Shown here: positions 1 to 9,919 of the stretch, in pieces
How the letters are laid out: each line of letters opens with the position of its first letter
How positions within the stretch are numbered: the stretch's first letter is position 1
Assembly (NCBI GenBank): GCA_026129095.1
Contig: JAHCIT010000001.1
Coordinates: 372,245-436,244 of the forward strand
Length of the DNA: 64,000 nucleotides
Direction: 5' to 3'
Source: Deltaproteobacteria bacterium
GTDB lineage: Bacteria > JAGRBM01 > JAHCIT01
Made by a program: the position numbers and the translations under genes
The notes under the pieces: model-generated
Told to the model about the DNA's origin: nothing
Databases searched by the model: none
Seen by the model: the letters and a program-made list of their open reading frames with translations, nothing else

Positions 1-943
1 GATCGGCCGCCGGGAAAACCGGAACATCCAGTTCATGCGCCATTCGTTCACGTACCGGCCGGTAGTAACGGCGAGAAAATTCGCCATCGATAAATACCGG
101 TAGCGCCCCACGCTGGCGCACCAAATCCACAAGCCTGGCCATCAGCTCGGCATACTCGGCACGGCTCGTGAATGGCGCCCACCGCCACGGACCGAACCGG
201 CGGAAAGTCCCATCAAATACCGAGTCCAGATTGCCGGCAGGCGCCAGTTTCATGTCCGCCGTGGACGCCCCCGGCAGCCTGACTCTCCACAAATGGGCTG
301 GTGTCACCGACAAATCGGGGAGATGGCTTCTCATCTCCAGGGGTTTTACACCCAAGTCGTTGAACGCCGAGGCAATCATCACAATGTCAGATTCCAAGTC
401 TGAAAGACCCTGGTACAAATCCTCAATCCGGTTGAGTAAATATCCGGGGATCCCGAGATTGATAACTTCTATCTGCCGGTACGGATGACGCCGCAAGAGC
501 TCCGCTTCCAGCACGACCGCAAATGTTTCATCAGGTTCAACAGGGATTCCATAGGCCGTTGAGTCGCCCAAAAGCACAACGCGGAACACTTCCAAAGGTT
601 TTTTCAACCTGAACTCGCGGGTACGAAAACCCTGCGAGTTGGTGAATATCCGGAATGCGCGGCGAGGCCGTCCGGGGATCGTTTCCAGTCTTTCAATGCC
701 AAACCACTGCGGGTGAAATCTTGCCTCGATATCAGGCTTCATCGGTGAAATGTCCGGAGCAGGGTCCGGCAGAAACATCCCATCGGCACTCATCACCTGG
801 TTCAGGCTGGACGCATCGATCAGGAGCTTTCCATCCGGATTCCTCGAGACCGCAAGGCCCCGACCGGTAAACCTGTCACATGCTGCCGCTGGCAGCATCA
901 TAAGAACCGATACTGGTAGTAAAACCAGAAACCTGGGGGTCAT
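1..943 (-). CDS. SGNH/GDSL hydrolase family lipoprotein, 3' end runs off the window
   Basis: Not in the ORF track because no stop lies in the window. Manual minus-strand translation from ATG at 943 (ATGA overlap with the upstream stop) gives MTPRFLVLLPVSVLMMLPAAAC (lipobox-like)...TNSQGFR...RVVLLGDSTAYG...EVINLGIPGY...AFND, matching SGNH blocks I-III. Confidence 0.8.
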   Translation of the reverse strand, partial: MTPRFLVLLPVSVLMMLPAAACDRFTGRGLAVSRNPDGKLLIDASSLNQVMSADGMFLPDPAPDISPMKPDIEARFHPQWFGIERLETIPGRPRRAFRIFTNSQGFRTREFRLKKPLEVFRVVLLGDSTAYGIPVEPDETFAVVLEAELLRRHPYRQIEVINLGIPGYLLNRIEDLYQGLSDLESDIVMIASAFNDLGVKPLEMRSHLPDLSVTPAHLWRVRLPGASTADMKLAPAGNLDSVFDGTFRRFGPWRWAPFTSRAEYAELMARLVDLVRQRGALPVFIDGEFSRRYYRPVRERMAHELDVPVFPAAD

Positions 944-1722
944 GGATTCAGCCCCGGCGTCCAGTGGACAATATACCGGATCATCCCCGCCTGTGTGGCG
1001 CTACCGTGCGCCTCCATGGCACGAAGCTCGGTAATCAGAGCCGGACGCCGCGGAATAATATCCATTATTGCCCAGGCCGCCCGGTACCGGACCCGTTCAT
1101 CGTCACTGCCTAGTTCCTTCAGAAGCGCACCGAAAATGTCGTCTACCGGTCCCGTATCACCGGTCACTGCCAGTCCTAAAAGCGCCTCCAGCCGATCATC
1201 GCCGTCAGTGGCCCCAAGCCGCTTCAGCCAGTCTGTGGCACCACGGCCGCGATACCAGACCTCCCCATCGGGTGCTATTTTTTTCAATGCGAGATGAGCA
1301 GCTTCACGAACTGACGGCTCGTAGTCATCAAGCAGGCCTGCTATCTCCGCCTGGTATTCGGTCGCAACCGCTCCCAAGTCGGAAATTGCCAATGCGGCTG
1401 TCGCCCTCACGTCTGGATGCCAATGGTTCAGAAGCAGTGAAAGTCCCGGCAAGGCTGATACCGGGGGCATCCCCAGGAGCGGCCTTATCTGGGCAACCTC
1501 AGCCGCCACCTCCCGCGATGGATCGGCCAGTAACTCCACGAAAATCCCGTATGACGATGGCTTTTGCCGAGACAAGCGGACCAATGCCTGTATCGCCGCC
1601 ATCCTGTCGGCAGGATCAGGATCGAAACGGGCGATCAGTTCCAGTCGCGTACTCTTGACATCGCAGGCAGCTAAAACGGCTCCGGATGCCATTATTGCAA
1701 CTATGAATTGAGCAAGTCTCAT
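940..1722 (-). CDS. HEAT/PBS-lyase repeat lipoprotein
   Basis: MRLAQFIVAIMASGAVLAAC lipobox-like start; repeated HEAT motifs (LLNHWHPDVRATAALAI, LLDDYEPSVREAAHLAL, LGSDDERVRYRAAWAI). Confidence 0.75.
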   Translation of the reverse strand: MRLAQFIVAIMASGAVLAACDVKSTRLELIARFDPDPADRMAAIQALVRLSRQKPSSYGIFVELLADPSREVAAEVAQIRPLLGMPPVSALPGLSLLLNHWHPDVRATAALAISDLGAVATEYQAEIAGLLDDYEPSVREAAHLALKKIAPDGEVWYRGRGATDWLKRLGATDGDDRLEALLGLAVTGDTGPVDDIFGALLKELGSDDERVRYRAAWAIMDIIPRRPALITELRAMEAHGSATQAGMIRYIVHWTPGLNP

Positions 1723-1816
1723 TTCTTGTGAAACATTATCCCGCCTGACCGCCTGCGCCAATCCGGCCGTGCCTGCCGCTTTGTGCTAGGCTTCTGTTTC
1801 AAACGGAGATCACCGC

Positions 1817-2824
1817 ATGACCATTCACGCACAGGCTGCACTGAAGGCCAAGGGCCCCCTGGTTTCGTGGAGCTTCGAGGAGGGTCCACTCGGCCCCTTC
1901 GAGCTGGAAATCGACGTCACCCATTGCGGCATCTGCCATAGCGACGTGCATCTGGTGGACAACAACTGGGGTGTCAGCAGCTATCCGCTGGTCCCAGGTC
2001 ACGAGGTCATCGGCAAAGTCCGCCAGATGGGAACACTCGTCACCGGTTTCGAGAAGGGAATGCGTGTGGGAATCGGCTGGCAAAGCGGCGCTTGCCTCAG
2101 ATGTGAATGGTGTATTTCCGGCGAGGACAACATCTGCCCTGACAGCCAGGCGACCTGCATTGGCCGCCATGGAGGTTTTGCCGAGCGTATCCGGTCAGAC
2201 AGCCGCTTCGCCTTCCCTATCCCGTCGCGCCTCAAGTCCGAAAATGCCGCCCCCCTCCTTTGTGGAGGCGCGACCGTCTATTCACCGCTGCGCCGTTACC
2301 GGAAAACCCCCAACCTGAAGGTAGGCGTCATCGGCATTGGCGGTCTTGGCCATCTGGCACTCCAGTTTGCCGCCGAGATGGGTTTCGAGGTGACCGCCTT
2401 TTCCACCACTGCCAACAAGGAACCCGAGGCAAGGGCATTCGGTGCGCGCCATTTTGTCGTGACGTCAGAGCCCGGTGCGATCGGGAAGGCCGCTGGCAGG
2501 TTCGATATCATTCTGAATACCGTACACGCGAACCTAGACTGGCAGGGGTATCTGGAAGCGCTTAGGCCCAACGGGCGGCTGGTCATTCTGGGAGCGCCAC
2601 AGGAAGACCTACGCATTGCAGGCGGGGCACTGATCGGAAGCCAGAAGGGCATTAGCGGAAGTGCCATCGGAAGCCGGTCGGTTATCAGTGAAATGCTGGA
2701 ATTTGCCGCCCGTCACGGCATCAAGGCCAAGACGGAGACCATGCCCATGAGCCGCGCCAGCGAAGCACTGGACCGGGTGCGCTCAGGGAAAGCCCGGTAC
2801 CGGATGGTTCTGGTGAAAAGCTGA
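1817..2824 (+). CDS. ahr: NADPH-dependent aldehyde reductase, Zn-dependent CAD family alcohol dehydrogenase
   Basis: CGICHSD, GHE, structural Zn C-x2-C-x2-C-x7-C, APLLCGG, GIGGLG, C-terminal RYRMVL; GGAG RBS upstream. Confidence 0.85.
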   Translation: MTIHAQAALKAKGPLVSWSFEEGPLGPFELEIDVTHCGICHSDVHLVDNNWGVSSYPLVPGHEVIGKVRQMGTLVTGFEKGMRVGIGWQSGACLRCEWCISGEDNICPDSQATCIGRHGGFAERIRSDSRFAFPIPSRLKSENAAPLLCGGATVYSPLRRYRKTPNLKVGVIGIGGLGHLALQFAAEMGFEVTAFSTTANKEPEARAFGARHFVVTSEPGAIGKAAGRFDIILNTVHANLDWQGYLEALRPNGRLVILGAPQEDLRIAGGALIGSQKGISGSAIGSRSVISEMLEFAARHGIKAKTETMPMSRASEALDRVRSGKARYRMVLVKS

Positions 2825-2827
2825 GTC

Positions 2828-3865
2828 CTATTTCCGCCGGCGCTCAAGGCCCTTCTTGATTTCACTGACCGGAACCTTGCGGGTTTCTTCCGGTCCGCCG
2901 GAAACCGTCAGCGACGTATATGACGGCGTCAGGGTGTCGTAAATCCACTGCGGGACAAAATACACCGATGAAGATCCCTCCCGCATCGCGGGGTAGGTGT
3001 CATCCTTGGACTTCATCCCGAACTTGATCAGCGTCACCTTGCCGCTGACCTCGGTCACCTTGATCGTGGCCTTGGGCGGTTCAAGGCCATAGCTGGCAAG
3101 ATCGGCTGCGGAAGCCGTATCCGCCACACTCCTGGCAATAATCACCGCGAACTGGTTGACCAGCTTGTTGACCTCGGACACCACAGCCGCATTTTTGTCC
3201 ATCGCAGGATCATCCGGAGCATGAAAGCCCCACGGCCCATCCGGCGAGCGGCGGATTGTCAGCGGCTTCTCGGTGTATTCATTGAAAAACTCGATTTCAT
3301 TCACCTGTGCGGGTTCAATGCGAATCAGCGTACGGTCACGCCAGTCTCCCGCGTCCCGGTCCACGAGCCTGCGGAGATCACCCCCCAACTCGTAAACCTC
3401 GTTGGCTCCAGCAACCCGCACATAGTTGGAGCGGAAATTGAAGGCGAGTTTTCCGATCACGATCTCTCCCAGTTTCCGCTCGCCTCCAGCAAGGAATGCC
3501 ACCACAATTCCCCTGTCGGCATCCACATCGAATGTGCCGAACTTCTCGGGATTGCTTGAGATCAGCTTTACAACCCGCGACTCGGACATCAGCTTGAACA
3601 GGTCCTCGATATTGCGTGATTCGGCAGGGAACGTACCCTCGCCCGGCACCTCAATGCGCCATTCGTTTTCGGCTTTCGTCAGGGTAATCCGTGCCTTGTT
3701 GGGCCGGTCAATCCGGATCGCCTCAACCGTCTGTCCGTTGATTCCCGGCAGGATAACATCCGGTGTTGCACTCCCGCGTTCCAGACGGTCCTGCTGCTTT
3801 GGAACCAGCACCAGAAGCAGGCCAAGGCCCACGACTACCGCCGACAGGATCACTATTTTTTTCAC
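2828..3865 (-). CDS. DUF4340 domain membrane-anchored protein
   Basis: N-terminal TM helix, two-domain repeat, WRDRTL and LASYGLEPP motifs; last gene of a GldAFG-like operon. Confidence 0.75.
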   Translation of the reverse strand: MKKIVILSAVVVGLGLLLVLVPKQQDRLERGSATPDVILPGINGQTVEAIRIDRPNKARITLTKAENEWRIEVPGEGTFPAESRNIEDLFKLMSESRVVKLISSNPEKFGTFDVDADRGIVVAFLAGGERKLGEIVIGKLAFNFRSNYVRVAGANEVYELGGDLRRLVDRDAGDWRDRTLIRIEPAQVNEIEFFNEYTEKPLTIRRSPDGPWGFHAPDDPAMDKNAAVVSEVNKLVNQFAVIIARSVADTASAADLASYGLEPPKATIKVTEVSGKVTLIKFGMKSKDDTYPAMREGSSSVYFVPQWIYDTLTPSYTSLTVSGGPEETRKVPVSEIKKGLERRRK

Positions 3866-3887
3866 GATCTCACGAGCCTCCTATGCA

Positions 3888-5579
3888 TCAACCGGCGTGA
3901 TCCGGCTTCACATAGCCCATCGCCTCGGCGAACTCCTTGCGCTCGCGCCAGCGGAGTGCCGTCCGGATTCCGGCCCAGAGTACCACCAGCATCGCTGCGC
4001 CAAATGTGCCGATGAACTTCAGCCAACTCCGCTGCGCCTCGGTCAGTTCACGGGTAATCAGGCGGCGGCCCGCATCACGCATCCTCACCCCCATGAGCCT
4101 GTCGCCTATTTCCAGCGAATCGATGATATTCAGCAGCAATCCCAGGTTCTGCGGCGCCATCTGGAGCGCTTCGCTGGTAAGCCAGTAGGCAGAACCCGCC
4201 ACCACCAGCCGGCCCCGGTCAGTGGAATCGAGACGTTGTGCCTGCAGGGCCAACGGTGATTCTGGCGCTGGCTCGGGTGGGAGATCGCCTCTCAGCCTGA
4301 GGGGAGTCGGCTTCTCCCGTCCCTGGAAGTAGCTCGTAAAGGGGCCCTCGACCGCAACAACCAGACTCTGCGGCTCCTGCTCCGGAAACCGCAGGAACTC
4401 CGGCTGGTCCGGCGTCAGAAGCGTGGGCAGCGTGAGCGTCAGGGACCGCCGGCTCGACTGGACCAGCGGACGTATGTATGTATCTCCGCTCTGACGATCA
4501 ACCGAAACCGAGGACGTCCAGAACATCACGATTTCGTTAAGCCCGCGGGTGGCAATATCGTCTTTCAGGAAGCTCTCGGCAGTAATGCGCGGCCAGAGCG
4601 GATATCCCCGCAACACCCGGCGGCCGTACAACTGGAACATGGCCCGCTGGTTGCGTTCGTCCGCGACCAGATCGTTGTTGATACGGACGCCATAATGGGC
4701 AAGCAGGGATGTGACCGGTGTCGGAGCCATCTCGGCCCGCGACATGTCGGATGACCGCTGGTTTACTTCCTGGAGGACGACCAGGTTTCCCCCGCGCATC
4801 AGGAACTGGTCCAGGGCGTACAGGTCCCGTTCAGTCGCCCTCAGCGGACTGGCCACAATGAGCGTCGAAACATGGTCGGCGACCAGCTTGCCCTGTTCGA
4901 AACTGACCGGCTCAACCTGGTACTGCTGCTGCAGGGCGCGACGGACGGTTTCAAACTCCTTGTCGTATTCGTACCGCATCTCCGGCTTTTTAGTCGCCAC
5001 GCTGGGGTCCGTGTCCCCAAACCACATCCCGATCACCGGGACCGTGTCCTGCGTAACCTTAACGATGGCACTCGTGAGGCGGTACTCAAAATCCTCAAGC
5101 TGGGCGACCGCCTGGATGACTTCCTTGCGATCGGCATAGAATACTCCCATCCCCAAGTAGCCCTTTCGAACCTCCTGGCGGTCGGCCTCGATCACGTTAA
5201 ACTGGAGTTCCGGAATCCCCAGTATGCGCATCTGCTGGACCGTATCGGGAGAGTCGTCCGGGTCAATGAAACTGACCTGTATGTACCGGCCGCCAAATGC
5301 CTTGTACTCGGCGAGGTAGTCCTCGATCCCCTTTACCGTTGACGCCAGACGTGCCGGCAGGTTGCGGGTGCGGTAGAACTCGATCTTGACGATGTCATCG
5401 AGGCCCGCCAAGACCCTCTTGGTTCCGTCTGCAAGCGTGTATATCTGGTTCTCGGTCAGGTCGATACGGGTAAATACCCGAAGCGATACCAGATTCAGCA
5501 GGACAACAATCGCCACTACCAGCACAAACAGCGGAATACCGATCAGGTCGAACTTCAGCTTGTCAGGGGAAGCGGCCAT
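3888..5579 (-). CDS. GldG-family ABC transporter auxiliary component
   Basis: RIDLTENQIYTLADGTK, LDQFLMRGG, RLVVAGS, NLGLLLNIID motifs; N- and C-terminal TM helices; AAGGAGG RBS before ATG at 5579. Confidence 0.85.
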   Translation of the reverse strand: MAASPDKLKFDLIGIPLFVLVVAIVVLLNLVSLRVFTRIDLTENQIYTLADGTKRVLAGLDDIVKIEFYRTRNLPARLASTVKGIEDYLAEYKAFGGRYIQVSFIDPDDSPDTVQQMRILGIPELQFNVIEADRQEVRKGYLGMGVFYADRKEVIQAVAQLEDFEYRLTSAIVKVTQDTVPVIGMWFGDTDPSVATKKPEMRYEYDKEFETVRRALQQQYQVEPVSFEQGKLVADHVSTLIVASPLRATERDLYALDQFLMRGGNLVVLQEVNQRSSDMSRAEMAPTPVTSLLAHYGVRINNDLVADERNQRAMFQLYGRRVLRGYPLWPRITAESFLKDDIATRGLNEIVMFWTSSVSVDRQSGDTYIRPLVQSSRRSLTLTLPTLLTPDQPEFLRFPEQEPQSLVVAVEGPFTSYFQGREKPTPLRLRGDLPPEPAPESPLALQAQRLDSTDRGRLVVAGSAYWLTSEALQMAPQNLGLLLNIIDSLEIGDRLMGVRMRDAGRRLITRELTEAQRSWLKFIGTFGAAMLVVLWAGIRTALRWRERKEFAEAMGYVKPDHAG

Positions 5580-5628
5580 CCGCCATCCCTCCTTCGGTTT
5601 CTGCAATCTGCCTGTACGCATCAGCGCA

Positions 5629-6354
5629 TCAGGTCAGGTTTCGCCCGGCCAGCACACGGGCATTCAGGAACAGGAACAGTCCGATTATGGACAGGTAATA
5701 AACCACATCGCGGGAATCGATCACTCCACGTGACATCGATTCATAATGCACCCCAAGACCGATATAACTGAGAACATTCGTGAGTGTCTCCGTCAGCAAT
5801 CCCGACAGCTGTGTCGCATATCCCACTAGAAAAAGAGCGAGACACGCTACCAGCGCCAGAATAAATGCGACGATCTGGTTTTTGGTCAGTGCACTGGCAA
5901 ACAGACCGATAGACAGATACGCCGCCCCCACCAGCAGGGCCGCCAGGTAGCTGGCCACGATCGGCCCCGGATCGGGACTGCCGACATAAGATACGACAAG
6001 ATAAATCGGAAATGTGAGCGCCAGCGCCACGGCAAGAAACGCGACTGACGCCAGGAACTTGCCCAATATGACCTCATGGTCGTTGAGTGGAAGTGTCAAA
6101 AGCACTTCGATCGTGCCGGTGCGTCGCTCCTCCGCCCAGAGCCGCATGGACATGGCGGGGATCACAAACAGGAACACAAACGGCAGGATGCCGAAAAACT
6201 CCCGCATTTCGGCCGCCTCGATTACAAAAAAGGGCCGAAACCAGAAGAACCACCAGCCCTGGAACACCAGGAACACCACCAGCAACACATAGGCTATCGG
6301 CGAATTGAAATATGCCGAGAACTCCTTGCCGAACATGATCCCGATACGTTTCAT
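5629..6354 (-). CDS. ABC transporter permease, GldF-like
   Basis: KEFSAYFNSPIAY, SMRLWAEERRTGTIEVLLTLP, RGVIDSRDVVYY; about 6 TM helices. Confidence 0.9.
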   Translation of the reverse strand: MKRIGIMFGKEFSAYFNSPIAYVLLVVFLVFQGWWFFWFRPFFVIEAAEMREFFGILPFVFLFVIPAMSMRLWAEERRTGTIEVLLTLPLNDHEVILGKFLASVAFLAVALALTFPIYLVVSYVGSPDPGPIVASYLAALLVGAAYLSIGLFASALTKNQIVAFILALVACLALFLVGYATQLSGLLTETLTNVLSYIGLGVHYESMSRGVIDSRDVVYYLSIIGLFLFLNARVLAGRNLT

Positions 6355-7316
6355 GATGGCCGCTCCCCGGGAGTCCCGGTTTGCCGTGTCAGCCGCTTGA
6401 ACACGTCTTCCAGGGACACCACTTCCTTCCGCAACTCACTGAGCGTCCAGCCGTTCGAGGCGACCGTCTGGAACACCTTTTCGCCGCCCTCCGGAACTCC
6501 CTTGAGAAACAGCCTGAAGATCTGGAAATCACGCACCTGCGGATCAACCCCCTGATCCGTGACGCCCGTGCAGCCATCCATTTTCGCAAGTGCCTGTTTC
6601 ACCTGGTCACGGGGACCACGAACAGCGACAACGAACCGTTCCTCACCAACCGCCATCCGGGCCAGTTCCTCGGTCGTGCCCTGTCCGGCGATCCGGCCAT
6701 TGGAGATTATGAGCACACGCGAGCAAGTCGCCTGCACTTCAGGAAGGATGTGGGTGGAGAGTATCACCGTCTTTTCGCGGCCGATCTCCTTGATAAGGTT
6801 CCGTATCTCGATGATCTGGTTCGGGTCGAGCCCGGATGTCGGCTCGTCCAGGATCAGGATATCCGGCCGGTGCAGCATCGCCTGGGCGAGCCCCACGCGC
6901 TGCCGGTAGCCCTTCGACAGCTCACCAATAGGCTTGAGCATCATCGGGCCGAGGCCGCAAACCTCGGCCATCTCACGGACCCGGTTCTTACGCTCGGACG
7001 CAGGAATGTCGCGGACCTTCGCCATGAACACGAGATAGTCCCGCACGTCCATTTCGTAATAAAGCGGGGCATTTTCGGGCAGGTATCCGATCCGGCGGCG
7101 AACCTCCATCGACTGGTCAACGACATCATATCCGCCCACAGTCGCCCTGCCCTCATCGGGGCGAAGGAAACAGGTCAGCATCTTCATGGTTGTCGTCTTT
7201 CCCGCACCATTGGGGCCCAGAAAGCCGACCACCTCGCGAGGATTCACCTCGAACGAAATACTGTCCACGGCCAGTGTCTGTCCGTATCGCTTGGTAAGGT
7301 TTTCAACGGAAATCAT
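6351..7316 (-). CDS. ABC transporter ATP-binding protein, GldA-like
   Basis: Walker A GPNGAGKT, signature LSKGYRQR, Walker B ILDEPT, H-loop STH. Confidence 0.92.
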   Translation of the reverse strand: MISVENLTKRYGQTLAVDSISFEVNPREVVGFLGPNGAGKTTTMKMLTCFLRPDEGRATVGGYDVVDQSMEVRRRIGYLPENAPLYYEMDVRDYLVFMAKVRDIPASERKNRVREMAEVCGLGPMMLKPIGELSKGYRQRVGLAQAMLHRPDILILDEPTSGLDPNQIIEIRNLIKEIGREKTVILSTHILPEVQATCSRVLIISNGRIAGQGTTEELARMAVGEERFVVAVRGPRDQVKQALAKMDGCTGVTDQGVDPQVRDFQIFRLFLKGVPEGGEKVFQTVASNGWTLSELRKEVVSLEDVFKRLTRQTGTPGERPS

Positions 7317-7528
7317 GGTTTTCTCTCGCCGACATTAGCTTGCAATCAAACAAACGTCCTGCGCGGAACTACCTGCCTTTTCCGAGTAATGCACCAAAAT
7401 CCGGTAAGCTTCCTATATCGGCATTAGGCACCAATCTGTCAAGGACCGGCTGCATGAAAAGCACTTAAGGATGTCTCTAGCAGGTCGCATGATATAACTC
7501 CCATACTCCCTGAAGATACTGGAGCCGC

Positions 7529-8140
7529 ATGACGCCCGCCGTATTCGACAAAAGAGGCCGCAAGGCAGTGGCAGTCTACTGTTCCGCCCGCAAGGCTGGT
7601 AACGAAGCCCGGGAACTGGGCCGCCTGCTCGCAGGCCGTGGCTATACCATCCTGTGCGGCGGCGGACCGGGTTCCATGCAAAGCCTGGCGGAAGGAACGC
7701 ACGAGGGTGGCGGCCGCATTGTCGCCGTCACGATACGGGACTATGCCCATGAAAGGCGCTCCCATTTCAGCGAGACAGTCGAACTGCCCGACCTTGCTTC
7801 ACGGCTCCAGTTCTTCATCCATGAAGCTGATGCATTTGTGGCCCTTGCAGGCGGCACGGGAACGCTGGCAGAACTGGCGCTTACCTGGGAGTTTGTAAAC
7901 AAGGGTCTCGTTGCTCCAAAGCCCATCATTATCACTGGACCATTCTGGAACCCGCTAGTCAGCATGCTCCACCTGGAACCGGGGGCGCCCGATCCCACGG
8001 GCCTTGCCACCGCCGCCGCGCAGCATATCCACAAGGCCAGAAACCCCCTCGAAGTCGTGACCGTTCTTGATGTCCGGATAGGCGGGCCCCACCTCAATGA
8101 CAGGCAGGTGCCAGCCACTTCGCAACCCGGAACCAATTGA
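7529..8140 (+). CDS. LOG family (lysine-decarboxylase-like) phosphoribohydrolase
   Basis: GGGPGSM and ADAFVALAGGTGTLAEL (PGGxGTxxE-like). Confidence 0.8.
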   Translation: MTPAVFDKRGRKAVAVYCSARKAGNEARELGRLLAGRGYTILCGGGPGSMQSLAEGTHEGGGRIVAVTIRDYAHERRSHFSETVELPDLASRLQFFIHEADAFVALAGGTGTLAELALTWEFVNKGLVAPKPIIITGPFWNPLVSMLHLEPGAPDPTGLATAAAQHIHKARNPLEVVTVLDVRIGGPHLNDRQVPATSQPGTN

Positions 8141-8190
8141 CCCGGACCGGTGTTTCGGCCAAATCTATCCCATAATCCGGCCACTAATAG

Positions 8191-8691
8191 ATGGATCTCC
8201 AGCGCATAGAACTGCTCCGCAAGAACTTCCTGTTCAGGGAGCTGGGCGACATTGAGCTGGAAAAGCTGGGGCGCGTCTGTATTGAGGAAATACACCCGGC
8301 AGGCAAGGCCATAGTGACCGAAGGGGAAACTGGACACGATCTGTACCTCGTGCTCAAGGGCGGAGTAAATATCGTCAAGGGAGAGGGACAGAGTTTCCTC
8401 TCATATATCGGCAGCGGCGGCTATTTCGGTGAAATGGCCGTCTTTCTCGAAGCTGCCGAACGGACTGCCAGTTGCATGGCCGCCATGGATACCACCACCC
8501 TGAAAATCGACCGGCATACGATCGACAGTTTTTGCGAGGAAAATCCTGCTGCCGGTGTCCGTATTTACCGCGCCATCATCAAGGCCCTGGCCGAACGGTT
8601 GCAAGCCACCAGCGGTGACCTAGCCATGATGATGAAAGCCCAGATCATGGACCAGTCGAAAATCACCGGACTGGTCGGTAAGACCAAGTAA
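8191..8691 (+). CDS. Stand-alone cyclic-nucleotide-binding domain protein
   Basis: IVTEGETG, LYLVLKGGV, GYFGEMA...RTASC phosphate-binding cassette; no HTH domain follows. Confidence 0.85.
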   Translation: MDLQRIELLRKNFLFRELGDIELEKLGRVCIEEIHPAGKAIVTEGETGHDLYLVLKGGVNIVKGEGQSFLSYIGSGGYFGEMAVFLEAAERTASCMAAMDTTTLKIDRHTIDSFCEENPAAGVRIYRAIIKALAERLQATSGDLAMMMKAQIMDQSKITGLVGKTK

Positions 8692-8700
8692 TCATCGGCG

Positions 8701-9750
8701 TCAGCGAAACGCCTCCTCCGGCTCCAGTCCGAACATCCTGAGCCAACCGCCAAACCGGCCCTCATCAATGGGCCACCGGCGCTCCAGTTCCAGCCGCTCG
8801 GCCCACAGGCTATTCCGCCGTTTCCATACATCACGATGCGCACGGAACATCGCACTGGCCAGCGGCAAGGCGCCCGATCTCATTGCGCTCTGGACAGTCC
8901 GCCCACGGTTAGTGACGAACGCCGCGATGCCGGAACCCAAACGACGCCCCAGCTCGACAGGGGATCTCCGGATGTAGTGTTGCGGGTAGTGCCTCAACAG
9001 GTTGTACAGCCGGTTCCGTTCGATCAGATAGAACCGCTCCGGACTGGCTGCACCAAGCACATGGGCGCCAGAATGAATGAACCGGGAACCTGGAATCCGG
9101 CGGCAGAAATGGCCTGCCCGGCGAAGCCGCATCCCCAGATCAAAATCGTCCCCGTATGCGAAATAAGATTCAGCAAGACCGCCCACATCCAGAAGCGCTT
9201 CTCGCCGGTACAATCCGGCCGCTCCGCTGGGACAGAATGCATCCGGCTCCCGGTCAACCTGTCCCGAATCCTGCTGGCCGCAACCAGCACCCCGGTTCAA
9301 CCCGTCAGAAAACAGTCCCAGACCAAAGGCATCAATCCGGCCGCTGGATTGCAGACCGGCCGGATCAGCTACCAGTATTTTGGGAGCGAACATGGCCGCA
9401 ACGGACTCTCCCTGAACCGCATCCATCAGTCGCCCCAGCGCACCAGGCTCCGGCCGTGCGTCCGCATTGAGAAACAACACCCAAGGGGCTTCGCCCGCTT
9501 CAAGCAGCCGGTTGTTCGGTGCACAAAAGCCAAGGTTACGGCCCGACTGCCCGAACCAGACACGGCGCCCCTGCTGGTGGTGCCACTCCAGCTCCCGTGC
9601 AATGAGAGCTGCCGACCCGTCACCCGATCCATTGTCGAACACGAGCAGCTCATAATCTTCAAATCCGCAATTACGAATGAACGCGAAGGTCTTGCCCAGT
9701 TCGGCTTCGCTGTTCAGGCTGACGATCTGTATCGATAGGCGGGCAGGCAT
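8701..9750 (-). CDS. Glycosyltransferase family 2
   Basis: VFDNGSGDGS, NLGFCAPNN, FLNADA, PSGAAGLYRR, YFAYGDDFDLG. Confidence 0.88.
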   Translation of the reverse strand: MPARLSIQIVSLNSEAELGKTFAFIRNCGFEDYELLVFDNGSGDGSAALIARELEWHHQQGRRVWFGQSGRNLGFCAPNNRLLEAGEAPWVLFLNADARPEPGALGRLMDAVQGESVAAMFAPKILVADPAGLQSSGRIDAFGLGLFSDGLNRGAGCGQQDSGQVDREPDAFCPSGAAGLYRREALLDVGGLAESYFAYGDDFDLGMRLRRAGHFCRRIPGSRFIHSGAHVLGAASPERFYLIERNRLYNLLRHYPQHYIRRSPVELGRRLGSGIAAFVTNRGRTVQSAMRSGALPLASAMFRAHRDVWKRRNSLWAERLELERRWPIDEGRFGGWLRMFGLEPEEAFR

Positions 9751-9919
9751 ACCTGTTCATTATGGCCTAGCGGCGTAGCACCCCAAACCCCGGCTGAGGA
9801 GGACCCGATTCTGGACTTGTGCGGTAGGTCACGTTGCTCTAGGCTGGCTTGTTAACATTCTGCGGCACCGCGTTCTCGAAGGCCGGGGGGAAAAGGCCAT
9901 TACGGGGGATCAGTTCCAG

